A DNA stretch of 64,000 bases. It comes from Curvularia clavata (lineage: Eukaryota). The stretch is from contig CP089275.1 in the NCBI GenBank assembly GCA_023920165.1, positions 1,922,001 through 1,986,000 on the forward strand, read 5' to 3'. Position 1 is the stretch's first letter, and each line of letters starts with the position of its first letter. Below are positions 22,005 through 33,718 of this stretch, in pieces. The notes beneath the pieces are model-generated. The model made no database searches, was not told the origin of the DNA, and worked only from the letters and a program-made list of their open reading frames with translations. A program made the translations under genes and the position numbers.

Positions 22005-23861
22005 ATGTGGGCCCTCATTTCCTTCTTCTGCAACGTCTGCCTGGAGGTGGCAGATACGTGCAGCGAGGTGATTGACTTCCTGTTGTGGGAAGCTGACGAC
22101 GACATCCGTTTCGATCTCCAAGTAGATCTTTCTACGATTCTTTTCTCCCTCTTCGTCTGGGTCTCGCTCTTGTTGGTTGTCCTTTTCGCTCTTGGTATAC
22201 ACTTCAATTTCGATATTGAAGCGTTCAAGAAGTGGCTATTCGGCGATGAATACCATCATCATATCGAAGACGCCACTGAACAAGGGCAATCGGTTGAGCT
22301 CACCACACCATCACCACCACCACCACCATACTCAGGGCCAGCGACGCCCCTCATGTATCCGCCCGTCGAGTTCCCCTTCGAGCACTTTCGAGCGACTGGC
22401 GAATCTTTCGCGCCCTCACGCCGCTACTTCCACGAAGAGCGACCGCGATACAGTCCTCCAATTCTCTACGAACCCTTGTCCAGCTGCTCGGCAGAGGTCA
22501 AACCCTCCGAGTCTGCCGACTCTGCTCCCCTCCAAGAGCACCACTTCGTCCCGGAGCCCAGAATCGAAAAAGATTCTGGGGAGTTTCAAGTCCCTACTCC
22601 GATTACACGAGACGCCATGAAGATGTCTGCTCAACCACAACCCTCTTCTCCTCCAGCTCCTCACACCAATATCATCATGGGATCGCCCCCCTCCCATGTC
22701 TCAATTCCCTCGCCCTCACCCACACCACTGAGCCCCGAGAGCATTCTGAGGAATGCATTGGACCTTGTTGCGCAGGAAGAGCACAAGATCCAGGAGCAGA
22801 TGGACATCTTCCTAAGCACCATCACCACTGGTGCAGGGTACGAGGTCGCTGCAGCCTTGATACTGAACTTCATGCAGGAAGCAATTCAGTATCTTGAGCC
22901 ACTCTTCCCAGCGGGACTGGGCTTGATTCCCCTGGAGCATCGCCCTTGGACGCGGTCGATCGTCATGTTCTGGAAGGCACTCTCCCCATACGGCTGGGAC
23001 TTCCTCCATCATCCAGATGGTCGAGTCCCTGAGTTCTTTAGGAGATTTCGCTGCGCAGCCACTTGGTTTGGCCTAGATGAACTGCTCGTGGAATTCCGGT
23101 ACGAGGCCCCTCCTCTCCCCGAGCCTGTTCCAACGCCAACAGTAGTCGAGCCTCAATTGCAAGAGCAACCGAGTGTCTCTTCCATGTTGACGCCAGTCCC
23201 CACTTCTTTCAGCCTGGAAAAGGGGAACAGGGCCTCGAGGTTGCCATCACGGACATCAAGAACTTCAAAGACTCCCACAAAGCCCAAACTCGCTCAACCC
23301 GAACAATCCAATCCCAACCTCCTCAAATTCGACGACCCCGAACTGCACAATCTGCCGACCGAAAAGCTTAAAGAGCTCACTTGGTCTTCCTTTGCCTGGT
23401 CGAGTCCATCTCAAGCCGCCATCAAGATCTGGTCGTACTCTACAGTCGGTCGTCTAGTCCTCCCCGAAAAGAAGGACTGCGACCTCAGCCCCAACTACGT
23501 AAAGTCGTGCCTTGAAGACGTCGCCGCCGACTTCAAGCGTGCCTCCATTGTCCTGCGCCTACAAGCCAGAGACTGCAAGAGGCCATGCGAGGACGATGTC
23601 CCAATGGCACCGCTCTTTGGCGAGGTCTTGCGGCTAATCAAGCAGGCTGTGGATTTCACAGAGAGGTGCGACAACCTTGCTGTTTGGGATACGCAAGATC
23701 AGTGGTTCAATGCCTGCCTATATTTCCGAGATGCGGTTAGGCTGGATAAAGACATTTGGGAGACGCTGTGTGCGTGGTATGGGCCTGAGAAGTACCGGCC
23801 GCTGAGGAAGGCTTGGAAGCAAGGTAGTACAGACTGGTTGCTTCTGGATGAGCAGATGTAG
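22005..23861 (+). CDS. Hypothetical Pro/Ser-rich protein with an N-terminal TM segment
   Basis: Long ORF, open from 21825 with a more likely ATG at 22005. TM STILFSLFVWVSLLLVVLFALGIHF, PPPPPPY motif and Trp-rich helical regions. No family recognised. Confidence 0.7.
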   Translation: MWALISFFCNVCLEVADTCSEVIDFLLWEADDDIRFDLQVDLSTILFSLFVWVSLLLVVLFALGIHFNFDIEAFKKWLFGDEYHHHIEDATEQGQSVELTTPSPPPPPYSGPATPLMYPPVEFPFEHFRATGESFAPSRRYFHEERPRYSPPILYEPLSSCSAEVKPSESADSAPLQEHHFVPEPRIEKDSGEFQVPTPITRDAMKMSAQPQPSSPPAPHTNIIMGSPPSHVSIPSPSPTPLSPESILRNALDLVAQEEHKIQEQMDIFLSTITTGAGYEVAAALILNFMQEAIQYLEPLFPAGLGLIPLEHRPWTRSIVMFWKALSPYGWDFLHHPDGRVPEFFRRFRCAATWFGLDELLVEFRYEAPPLPEPVPTPTVVEPQLQEQPSVSSMLTPVPTSFSLEKGNRASRLPSRTSRTSKTPTKPKLAQPEQSNPNLLKFDDPELHNLPTEKLKELTWSSFAWSSPSQAAIKIWSYSTVGRLVLPEKKDCDLSPNYVKSCLEDVAADFKRASIVLRLQARDCKRPCEDDVPMAPLFGEVLRLIKQAVDFTERCDNLAVWDTQDQWFNACLYFRDAVRLDKDIWETLCAWYGPEKYRPLRKAWKQGSTDWLLLDEQM

Positions 23862-24447
23862 AGAACAAGCTCTTTTGTGATTGCTTGTCATCTCGCTTTC
23901 TTCATGTCCATGTTTGGTGTTTATAGATTTGCTATTTGTGTTTCTTTGTTTCGACTTTATGGCTGCATGTTTCATCGTTTGAAGATACCACTTTAGTTGC
24001 ATGATTGCGCATCGAATTTAGACTTCTGTTTCGATATTGAAAACTCCTGGTACATCTCACTGTGATTGTGATCCTTTGTTATCTGTTTCATAATTCATCT
24101 TAACCATGCCGACATAATCAGATGTACATATACTTAAGCTTCAACAACTACAGGTCACAAGCATATCATCAACATGTTGAAAGTAGGCATTGTTGAGCAG
24201 TACCATGAAACGCACGAAGAGAAACTCTCCAGTACATTCATTGAGTAGATGAAGCTCAAAGTACGTCACATCAGTTCAAAGCCAAGCGATTCCACGTTAA
24301 GTTTCTATTAAGAATCACTAACTGTTACCCTAATCAAAATAAAAATGAAATGTTGTACAAGTAGCACACTATCTGGCAACGGCCCGATAAGGTGTTACGC
24401 ATTACTCGAGCCATATCGTATACCGCCCGTTGCTAATAGCGATCTGC

Positions 24448-24790
24448 TTAAGTGGAGGCAGTGGGGTTGACATCGGAGCAGATGAGGGCCTGTCCGAGGA
24501 TGGGGAGCAGGCAGCACTTAGCCTGCTGGCCCTCAGCAGCGCAGGTGGAAATGAAGGTGTTGATGTCAAGGGGGGTGGTTGGTGCTGTGAAGTAGGTTAG
24601 CGACGATGTTGGGTTGAGAGAAAAGAGACAACATACGAGGAGCGCAGTCCAAGTTAGCGAGGTTCAGGACATCGGTAGCGCAGCAGACCGGAGTGCCGGA
24701 GTTGCAGAGACCAGCCTGGCGCTCCTCGAGAGGAGCAGCGAAGGCGGCGGTGGCGGCGAAAGCCAGGACGGTGGTGATGGCGAACTGCAT
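24448..24790 (-). CDS. Class II hydrophobin (cerato-ulmin family)
   Basis: Signal and pro-peptide MQFAITTVLAFAATAAFAAPLEERQ. Exons 24790-24637 and 24584-24448. Eight Cys spaced C-x6-CC-x11-C-x16-C-x8-CC-x10-C, the class II spacing except for a short first loop. Confidence 0.93.
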
Positions 24791-27700
24791 TTTGATAGAT
24801 ATTGTTTGTTGGTTTGGTTGATTAGAATTGAAGAGGAATTGTTGTGGTTGCTGTGGGTGAGAAGAGTGTGATGATGTCCAGTTGTCGAGGACTTTCTACT
24901 CTCTTTATATCTTTTTGCTACATCAATTCAATCAGGGTCCATTCCAGGTAACGCGCAGGACTCGAGGGCAACGTCCATCGTCATTAGACATTGCCACTCC
25001 CCAGACGAAGATCGTCATCGGCCAGGGGGGGAAACGGGCATCGCACGGCCACGATGAGGCGATAGTAAAGGTACAGGCCCACCTGCTACACCAAACTTGT
25101 ACATGGTAAATCTGATCCCAGTCAGGAGTGACGTCGATCTCAGATCATCCTGGCTCTACTGTTCCTGGCTCATCATGGTGACTGGCTGTTACTGAGAAGA
25201 GAGATCTTGTTGAGGCACCGAACGTTGAAAGGTACCGGCTAAAGTGTTCTCGTACTTAGAGAGTGTACAGTTATGGGGCGTTGATCTACATCGGACGTTT
25301 GGCTATTCACGGTATGGGTATAATATTCGGCATGGCATCTCTATACGCTGAACATATACGGCGGCGCCTAGGCGTGTATAGTTGCCACAGAATATACTTC
25401 CACTATGCGTGGCTGTATGTACAATAGGCGTTTTCCAGCCGCTTAGAGTAATTACGCTGCTCATAATGCTCTCTCATAGGACAGCAGGACACCATCCAGA
25501 CGTTGTGGCTCCGGCATTGGTGACGTCGACGCAGGTGGACAACCGGTTAATGGCCTCCATGACTACACAATCGCATAGTGCTCATCTCTGACAGCCTGAC
25601 CAAGTCAAACATGTGCAAAAAGCACTGTTTGAGAACCTCGGTCATCGCACACATGGCGCTTCGCAAAGCAGATGCACCAATTCGGCCTGACACATGCATG
25701 CACAAGTATATCGTGATCAGCCTTATCCATGAATCGAGTAATTCAGTCTGTGGAGGCGGAGCTCCAGAGGCAATCCACATCATAGGCCTAACGTGAATTT
25801 TCTTTCTTTAGCAACTGTAGATCTCTGGAAGATGGTTATTGACAACGGGCAACAGTGGCGACAGCAGTGCTCTCCAGGACTTCGAAACCCCATTGAACCA
25901 TGCAAGTGGCGGTGATAGGGGTGCGTCCAGGACACAATGGGAAACATGAGCCTAGGGTGTTACCGCTCGGCAACGAATAAGATCATGGAAGTGGCTTCCA
26001 AGGACAATGCAGGACATCCACAAACCTGGCGGTAATGCGGTTAGCCAATGATCTAGCAAGGATGAGGTATTATAGGTACCGGCATATATAATACTGAATC
26101 TTTGGATGTTGTGAAGCGTTCTGAGCAATGAGTTATGTATTTTGTCAATGTGTGCTTACATTATGGAAGTTGTTCGGCACCTAAAGCCTGTAAGCTCATT
26201 CCCTGACACGGGCAGCATGGTTAGCACTGTCTCAGGGGCCGTTGAAAGAAGAGGGAGACCGGGCGGAGCGTTGCATGCCCAGCCGGACGTTGCGCCCCAC
26301 TTGACCACGGCAGCCCGTTTTAGGTCTGACAGCCCACACTCGCTTGCATCCATCTACGTCACCCCTTGCTCTCGTTCCTGGACGGCGCAGCAGGATCTCA
26401 GCGATTTACATCATTATTCCCAAGCTAGCCAATTGCAATGGCTCATTGAGCAGCTTAAAAGTCTTTTTTATTCTGGGCGGACACGCCACAAACGCATCTG
26501 AAGGCGAGTAGCAATCGTCCACGTGACCCTGGCTGTGCGAAGACAGGATCCTACCCTACAGTGGCGTAAGGTTTGAGGAGGCAATGCGCAGCCGTCGACC
26601 GGAAGGTGGAAACAGTAAGCGTAGAGGCTTTTGCGACGTGGCGCCGTCTGCAGTGAAGGGCGCGAACACTTTCCCTTTGCCCAGCACAGCCTGGGAATAG
26701 CCTTCTTTCTCTATGACCTTACCATTTGAGGATGCCTCGTCATCAATCACCAAGCGGCTTCTATTGCGATCGTCTTGTGCCAGATCATTCAAATGAAGGT
26801 GCTGCACAGGCAGATTGCTACTTTTCACTACACCCGTAGTCAATGATTTCCGCCAGTGTCCGGTCTGTTTCAGTAATACAAACAGTATCGGCCGTTAGAT
26901 CATTCGATGGAGACCAGCTAGTACAAAGGTAGCCATAAGCTGACATGGCAATGTGCCAAACACGACAGGGTGTTTGCCAACTATCACCAGACCGGCTTCG
27001 GGATATACCCATCCGCAACAAACAGATCGTGTACGTAGGCTCAAACTCCGACTATTGAGTATGACGGATAGAGTACCACCTTTTGTTGGGGCTCATCAAT
27101 ATTTCAGCTTACACTACCATCGGACTGACGTCGGAGCGACGTTTTTCGTCACTTTGGCGTCTTGGGCTCCTAGTTCCACCAAGTAACGCGCCGGGAATGC
27201 CGTGTCCAGAACCGAGACCAACCCAGCAGCATTGAGTGATTTGATCCAATTTTCATTTCGTGCTCTCGCCAACCAGGGATGCGGAAGCTCCCGGTTAATA
27301 AGGATAGGATGTATGGTACGATCCCCCAGATTTGCAACTTTTTGATTCTTGTCACCAAAAGATGTGTGTGACTCTCAGGTGATGCGCAATCCAGAACTTT
27401 CCATGCAATGAGTTTGTGTAGTTTGATCGACGGGAAACAGGATGAACTTCATCAGTGCTTCGTCCAGGCAATCTCCTTTTGTTCGATGATGTCTGCACAG
27501 CCGGATTCGGAGAGATGGCATCTAAACATGAATGGGATGGTTGTGCTAGCTTTCTGACATTACTGTCGCCAAGCTTGCGTACCACCCATGGCTAACTTTA
27601 CTATTTTCTCAGGAGCATGTAATATGATGTTACGTGTTTGCAGGCGCATATGCTGGTTGAATACCCAACTCGGGCCCCAGAGTGGACACTGCTATGAGCC

Positions 27701-29183
27701 CATACATTTGAATTTGGGTATGCGGAGGTAAAAGTTGTCCAACCAGTGTTCTTGAGTAAATAGGTTCTGCAAGGTCTGCCTAGTGATACTAATAGTTGTG
27801 CCACACCTCAGCTAGCCAGCTGCCGGACATAGAGGGCTGACGATGTCGATTTTGGAAAAAAATATTGAGATGGGATAAGTGTTAATGTAATTGAAGGATA
27901 TGGTCGAGAGCATGTTGAAGGAACATGGCGATAGTAGGGATGACTTAGACGCGAAGGCGAGTTAGCTAGGAGAGCTAATGCACAAACCCCAGATCACTCC
28001 ATATCGCTTGAAAATACTAAGAATTCCCCAGATTACGCCCTGACAGGTTCGGCCGGTGCGGCAAGCTTTCGGCTACGAATCAGTGCACCAGTCGCACCAC
28101 ATCTTTTGGAGTGGATAGGGTCCATACAGTCTGGGGCCTAGTCTACACCATGGTCAATGCGTGACTGGAAGAAACCGTTTTCTCCAGATTTCAGGATAGT
28201 AAAAGCCAAACGTGACCATCGTCAACGGGTGTAGTCAGACTAGTGTTTGGGCGTGAAGGGGACAGCCTTGAGAACAATTCCTTCAACCTTTATATGCAGC
28301 ATGCTCTGAACAATTAACTCAGGAACTCTTTGAGGGAGATCCAGAGGCACTTCATCGGTCTAATGACCACAACTTCAGTATTTTTCGATACTAGTCATCG
28401 TTCGCGATCTTCAACACAAGTGTGAGTTCTTACGTCACCTGACCGTCTCCATGTTGCATCGGATACGACCGAGAGTTACATGAAAAATGTACACGAAGTG
28501 CGGATACTGATAAAGCCACGGATCCTGAAGTGTGTCAATTAAATTGCAAAGCATACCCCCAAATTGTTGTGACAGAGTCAAAAACATGTTTGGTTGGAGT
28601 AGGACCTGATTCGCGCCACGCCAAGTCTGCCATCCGACGATGGCCCGGCCCTCACGCTAAACCCGAAGGCATCGTGCCGCCACCACATTCCCCAAAATTG
28701 ATACAGCTAAACTGCAGATTTTTTTTGCTAGGAGTCCTCGGAAGCTGGCCCAGATGCATTTCCGTTGTTAATCCCGCTGATAAGCAACGCACTGATGTGT
28801 TCGCGTCCAAGTTGAACGCGAAACAGGCGAAGCCGACCCGCTCATAGCCGGCTCGAAAATTTCGATCATGCTACTGTCACGGTTCAGCATCCGAATCCTG
28901 CACGAAAATGCAACCACGCCGCCCCCCAATGTGGATCTAGGATGAAAATTTGGACAATTGACTGGCTTTCCAGAGCGTGGAGTATGCCGTCGGTTAACGC
29001 GACGGCTCATGGAGGGTTGCACGATGACTCCACTGTTGGGGCTCTCAAATTTCATTGAAATATTGTCTCTGGTCCTGGCTTCTGCGCGCTTCATCCCCAT
29101 CGAATACGTTGCTATTCTCCCATCGTTGTTGTCTTTCCCACGTCAAGCCCAACCGTCGGGTCCACCGCTGACGCGCCAACAAC

Positions 29184-30806
29184 ATGGCTTCCGCTGCTGA
29201 TCAAATAACGCCCAAGATGGACCAACGGTCGGAGAAGTCGGTCCCCCATTCAGGGAGCGACGTCGAGAAGCAAGCCGCTCCGCCCAAAGAGGAGTTGCAG
29301 CGCAAGCTGTCATCTCGACACCTGCAGTTCGTCGCCATCGGTGGAACTGTAGGTACAGGTGTTTTCATTGCCAGTGGAGGCTCCATCGCTACCGCTGGCC
29401 CAGCTGGAGCACTTCTGGCCTATGTCTTCGTTGGTACTTTGGTCTACTCGGTCATGCTTAGCTTGGCTGAGATGGCTACCTACCTGCCCATCTCCGGTGC
29501 GTTTACGCAATACGCTGCTCGATTTGTCGATCCCTCACTCGGTTTCTCCATGGGATGGATCTACTGGTTTTCCTGGTCCATTACCTATGCGCTCGAACTT
29601 ACAGCCGCTGGCCTCATCATCAACTGGTGGAACTCAGAACTCAGCATTGGAATCTTCATTACCATTTTCTGGGTCCCGATCACTGCCGTTAACTTCCTGC
29701 CTGTTGACATCTTCGGAGAGTTCGAGTTTTGGTTTGCTCTGATCAAGGTCATTGCTCTGGTCGGCTTCTGGATTTACGCTATCTGCATGAACGCTGGTGT
29801 AGGCAACCAAGGCTACATTGGCTTCAAGTACTGGGACTCTCCTGGAGCTTTTGCCCCATACATTGCTGACGGACCTGTTGCCAAGTTTGTTGGTTTCTGG
29901 GCTGTTCTCATTCAGGCTGGTTTTGCTTACCAAGGTACTGAGCTCTGCGCCATCGGTGCTGGAGAATCAGCCAACCCGCGTGTGACCATGCCTCGAGCCA
30001 TTCGCAAGACTTTCTGGAGCATCTTCATCCTCTTTGTCTTCACCATATTCTTTGTTGGTATCCTGATCCCCTATGACAACGAGTCTCTCCAAATCGGTGA
30101 CACCAACGCTGGATCATCGCCAATGGTCATCGCCTTCCAGCTCGCTGGTGTATCTGCTCTTCCCGACATCTTCAACGCCGTCTTGCTCACTGTCGTCCTT
30201 TCCGCGGCTAGCTCCAATGTTTACTCTGGAAGCCGTATCCTCGTGGGTCTCGCCGAGGAGAAGTGTGCGCCCGCATTCCTCAAGGCCACTAGCAAGCGTG
30301 GAGTTCCGTACTGGGCAACCGCCGTAACAGCCGCCATGGGTCTGTTGGCCTACATGAATCTCAGCTCCAACGGCGAACAAGCCTTCAACTGGCTTCTCAA
30401 CATCGTCTCCGTCGCTGGTTTCATTGCATGGACATGTGTCTTGATTTGCCACTTGGCGTTCATGCGTGCCCTCAAGGCTCAGAACATTGACCGCGATACC
30501 CTTCCTTTCAAGTCCTGGGGAGGACGTGCTCTCGCCATCTACGGCGTTACCTTCTGTGCCATTATCACCATAACTCAAGGTTTCACCGCGTTCGTTCCAT
30601 GGAAGACCGAGGACTTCTTCATCGCATACATCAGTTTGATCCTTTTCACCGTCCTTTACACTGGACACAAGGTCATTACCCGAAGCAAGTTCATCAAGCC
30701 CGCGGAAGCCGATCTTCTGACCGGAAAGTTCGAAGATGAGATCTCCGAGACCTGGGAAGAGTCATCTGCTAGTGGATGGAAGAAGATGATGAACAAGTTT
30801 CTTTAG
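29184..30806 (+). CDS. Amino acid permease (APC superfamily, YAT family)
   Basis: LQRKLSSRHLQFVAIGGTVGTGVF, SLAEMATYLP, RFVDPSLGFSMGW, FGEFEFWFALIK, AGFAYQGTE and about 12 TM segments. Intronless. Confidence 0.95.
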   Translation: MASAADQITPKMDQRSEKSVPHSGSDVEKQAAPPKEELQRKLSSRHLQFVAIGGTVGTGVFIASGGSIATAGPAGALLAYVFVGTLVYSVMLSLAEMATYLPISGAFTQYAARFVDPSLGFSMGWIYWFSWSITYALELTAAGLIINWWNSELSIGIFITIFWVPITAVNFLPVDIFGEFEFWFALIKVIALVGFWIYAICMNAGVGNQGYIGFKYWDSPGAFAPYIADGPVAKFVGFWAVLIQAGFAYQGTELCAIGAGESANPRVTMPRAIRKTFWSIFILFVFTIFFVGILIPYDNESLQIGDTNAGSSPMVIAFQLAGVSALPDIFNAVLLTVVLSAASSNVYSGSRILVGLAEEKCAPAFLKATSKRGVPYWATAVTAAMGLLAYMNLSSNGEQAFNWLLNIVSVAGFIAWTCVLICHLAFMRALKAQNIDRDTLPFKSWGGRALAIYGVTFCAIITITQGFTAFVPWKTEDFFIAYISLILFTVLYTGHKVITRSKFIKPAEADLLTGKFEDEISETWEESSASGWKKMMNKFL

Positions 30807-31262
30807 TGTTGGGGATATACGCAATATTCGAACCTGTACCTGAACATCAAAAGTGTTTTTAAGGGGCTTTTATTCAAAACCGCATAGCGCTGCGTTTGTT
30901 GGGGGGGTGTATCATTGCATTGCAAGGCGTTCAGTATTGTTCTTTCTTTGGAAGGTTTGACGAGCAGATACCAATGTTAATGTTTTACCATGTCTTCATA
31001 TTATTTTCACCTCGCCTCATTCAAAGATTATCATATGACCGCAAAAAATGATCCGTACTATACGTTTTCTCATCAACTGATTTCTAAGATTATTTTTTTC
31101 ATAATCTGATAAGTAAACGTTGTGCCCATGACCAATCGTATTAAAGAGTCGTTAAGTGCAAACATGAAAGCCCCACCCCAACTCCCTGACCGTTGTCGTT
31201 CTTCCGTTGCCAAGCAACACCACGTCGTTGTGCGCTACCCTCTACACTCTCCCCACTTTTCT

Positions 31263-31574
31263 TTACCCCCACAACCGCACGATCTCAATTACGCCCACGC
31301 CCAGTGCACTGGCCTGCAATGCGCGACTCGGAGTAACAAACCCAACTGCAGCACTGTCTGTAAGGTTGGCAGAGCTACCAGACCCCTTCTTCTTCTTCTT
31401 TTTCTTCAGAGCGCGCGCGATGACATGAGGGTCCGGTGTTGTGAATAAATCGTGACACTCTGCAACGTCGTCGACAGCGTTGGGTCCTCTGATGGCTTTT
31501 GAGTTGGAAGCTGGCGCTGGATTTGCATGGACGAGAGCGGCGAGAAGGAGGACTGGTAAAACCCCAAACTTCAT
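31263..31574 (-). CDS. Small secreted, possibly GPI-anchored protein with a poly-Lys tract (103 aa)
   Basis: Signal peptide MKFGVLPVLLLAALVHA, then ARALKKKKKKKGSGSSANLTDSAA, and a moderately hydrophobic C-terminus ALQASALGVGVIEIVRLWG. Confidence 0.65.
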   Translation of the reverse strand: MKFGVLPVLLLAALVHANPAPASNSKAIRGPNAVDDVAECHDLFTTPDPHVIARALKKKKKKKGSGSSANLTDSAAVGFVTPSRALQASALGVGVIEIVRLWG

Positions 31575-32272
31575 CGTTGTGGAGAAGGTTTTGTTGTCGA
31601 TGAATGTGTCTGATCTCAAGAGTTTGTGCGCGTATAGAATAGCGCGATTGAGGAGCAGTCGAGCTGCTTTTTAGAGTCGCGGATATGAGTTTGGAATGCT
31701 TGGTGTTTTTCAAGAGGGAGAAGCTAAGGGCATTGTCTTAAATATGTCTCGATACCTACGGGCAGCGCGATGAAATTTGACTGCGGTCGATTACTGAACT
31801 GCTGCACAGCCTAGCACCTGCTGTAATGGTGTTTGACATCACTGCCTTCTTCAGGCGTACCATATTCTTGATTTCCTGGCGGTCTGTGACGTTGTAAGAC
31901 CTATACCGGTTACAGTAATTGAGGGTCAAACACAGCCAGCCACGAGATCTGGCCTGAAGGCTTGGCTTTCTTGGCTGAGCCAGCTGAAAGGTGTTCCGTC
32001 CCGTCGTTGGACATTAAGCGTATGCCCAGACAAGCTTCTCGGCTGTTCACATATCTGAACTAAGCTCACCGATATTGCATTGGCCCGGTTCGAAAGCTAG
32101 TTTCACTGTGTCCTTGTTGGGCGTTGCAATATGTCAACACCTCAAGAAATCTAACGCACAACCAAGAATAACTTGGGTTCAAGAATGCTCGATTGTCCAT
32201 TCTTGTTGGCCATGGTGCCTGTTTGACCTTCGGCAAGATGAATCCGCTATGTCGAATTGCTGAGCATGAAGC

Positions 32273-33718
32273 TTAGGACCGCCACGAGTCAGGAGGCTCC
32301 GAAAAGCCCGAGGTCTTCTCCGATTTAGTCTGCGCTCTGTCGTTGTGGGGTGTTACGCTTGAGAGACGGATGCGATTCGTTCGGGGTCGTGATGATGACG
32401 AAACGTGGCTTCGCATCGCAGCAGGAAAGAACTTCCGTAACATTGGTCGAAGAGCGGGAATGCTGACAGATATGATTCCCATGCTGCACTCGCTTAAGGA
32501 CAACATGAGACTCGGGACGCTCTGATCTGCAGATATATGTCAGTCATTTCTCTGATTACCAACTTGACCCACAGCTTTCTGCTTTGCGTTGTGCTGCAGT
32601 GCTCTGGGATTCATATCAGGAGGCACCAAGAAGCACCAAGGAGGCTTCTATGAATTGAATAATCAGATTCGCAAGGAGAGGAGGTTTCTTACAAGTGGTA
32701 TCGAAGACTTTCAATTGATGTAGAAAGCCAATGCGGATGATTCCTACTATGCATGCACTAACCACGATTAGTAAACGTTGGACCGAGATGCATGACTCCA
32801 CATACCTAGCACCGCCTGCCAATAGCACACACAGGATGGCCCGTTGCTTGACCGTCATATCTAATTTCCAGAAATAGGGCAACGGAAGAACGCAGAGGGC
32901 GATGTCCGTGATTACATTCACTGTAGAACTCGCGTATAGATAGCTGACATAGTCGATGCACGTCCGATTTATCGTGAAGTTCCAAGCCGCTTGCAAGGGT
33001 CGGCATTGAAACAAAGTGACAAATACTCCTGATGGATGTTCAGACATGAAAGGCTAATTCGATACTCGATATGCCTTACCTGTAATCCACAAGCCTACAA
33101 TAGGAAACAGAGTAATGTACATAGCTATGTGGAATGATTTGTTCGGGATAAAACGAAGGTAGGAGGCTATGATAGCAATCTTTGTCAACGCAATTGCAAA
33201 GGCGTATAGAACTTGACAGATGAAGAGATCCTGTGTCTAGTTAGTTGCCGTGAAACTATCTGGTGGAATCTCAGGGAGGGTCCAACGTACCAGAATGAAA
33301 CTTTTTAAAGTGTCAAAAAGTGTCGCGAGAGGAAGACGCCAAACGTGTTGACCGAGACCATGATTGGTCGCTGTAACAATGTTCAGCACTCTTCTTTTGC
33401 CTTAAAGGCGCTCTACTTACCCACTATAGACATCGCCCCCAAAGCTATTGTGAATACGGCAGCAAGCACGATAAGAACTACACTGCGTTAGCGAGGCCAT
33501 GGAATCTTATTCCATAACGTACCATCATCAACAAACACACGATGAACATATTTGACTCGCGCAAAAATACGCAGGGCTACAGTCAAGAACACCAAGCAAC
33601 AGAATACGATACTCCATGCCTTTACAGTGATTACCCTGGAGGAATGGTCTTGAAAATCGAATTGACTAATGTCAACCTGAAAGCCTCCAAAGGTCACGAG
33701 TTGACTGCCAGACGACAT
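32273..33718 (-). CDS. Pth11-like (fungal rhodopsin-domain) 7TM integral membrane protein, no CFEM domain
   Basis: Multi-exon. Fragments LTVALRIFARVKYVHRVFVDD, GLGQHVW, LTKIAIIASYLRF, LFQCRPLQAAWN...C, NVITDIALCVLPLP, IVGIIRI and ECSMGIISVSIPALRP are all hallmark motifs, separated by GT-AG introns. Confidence 0.88.
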
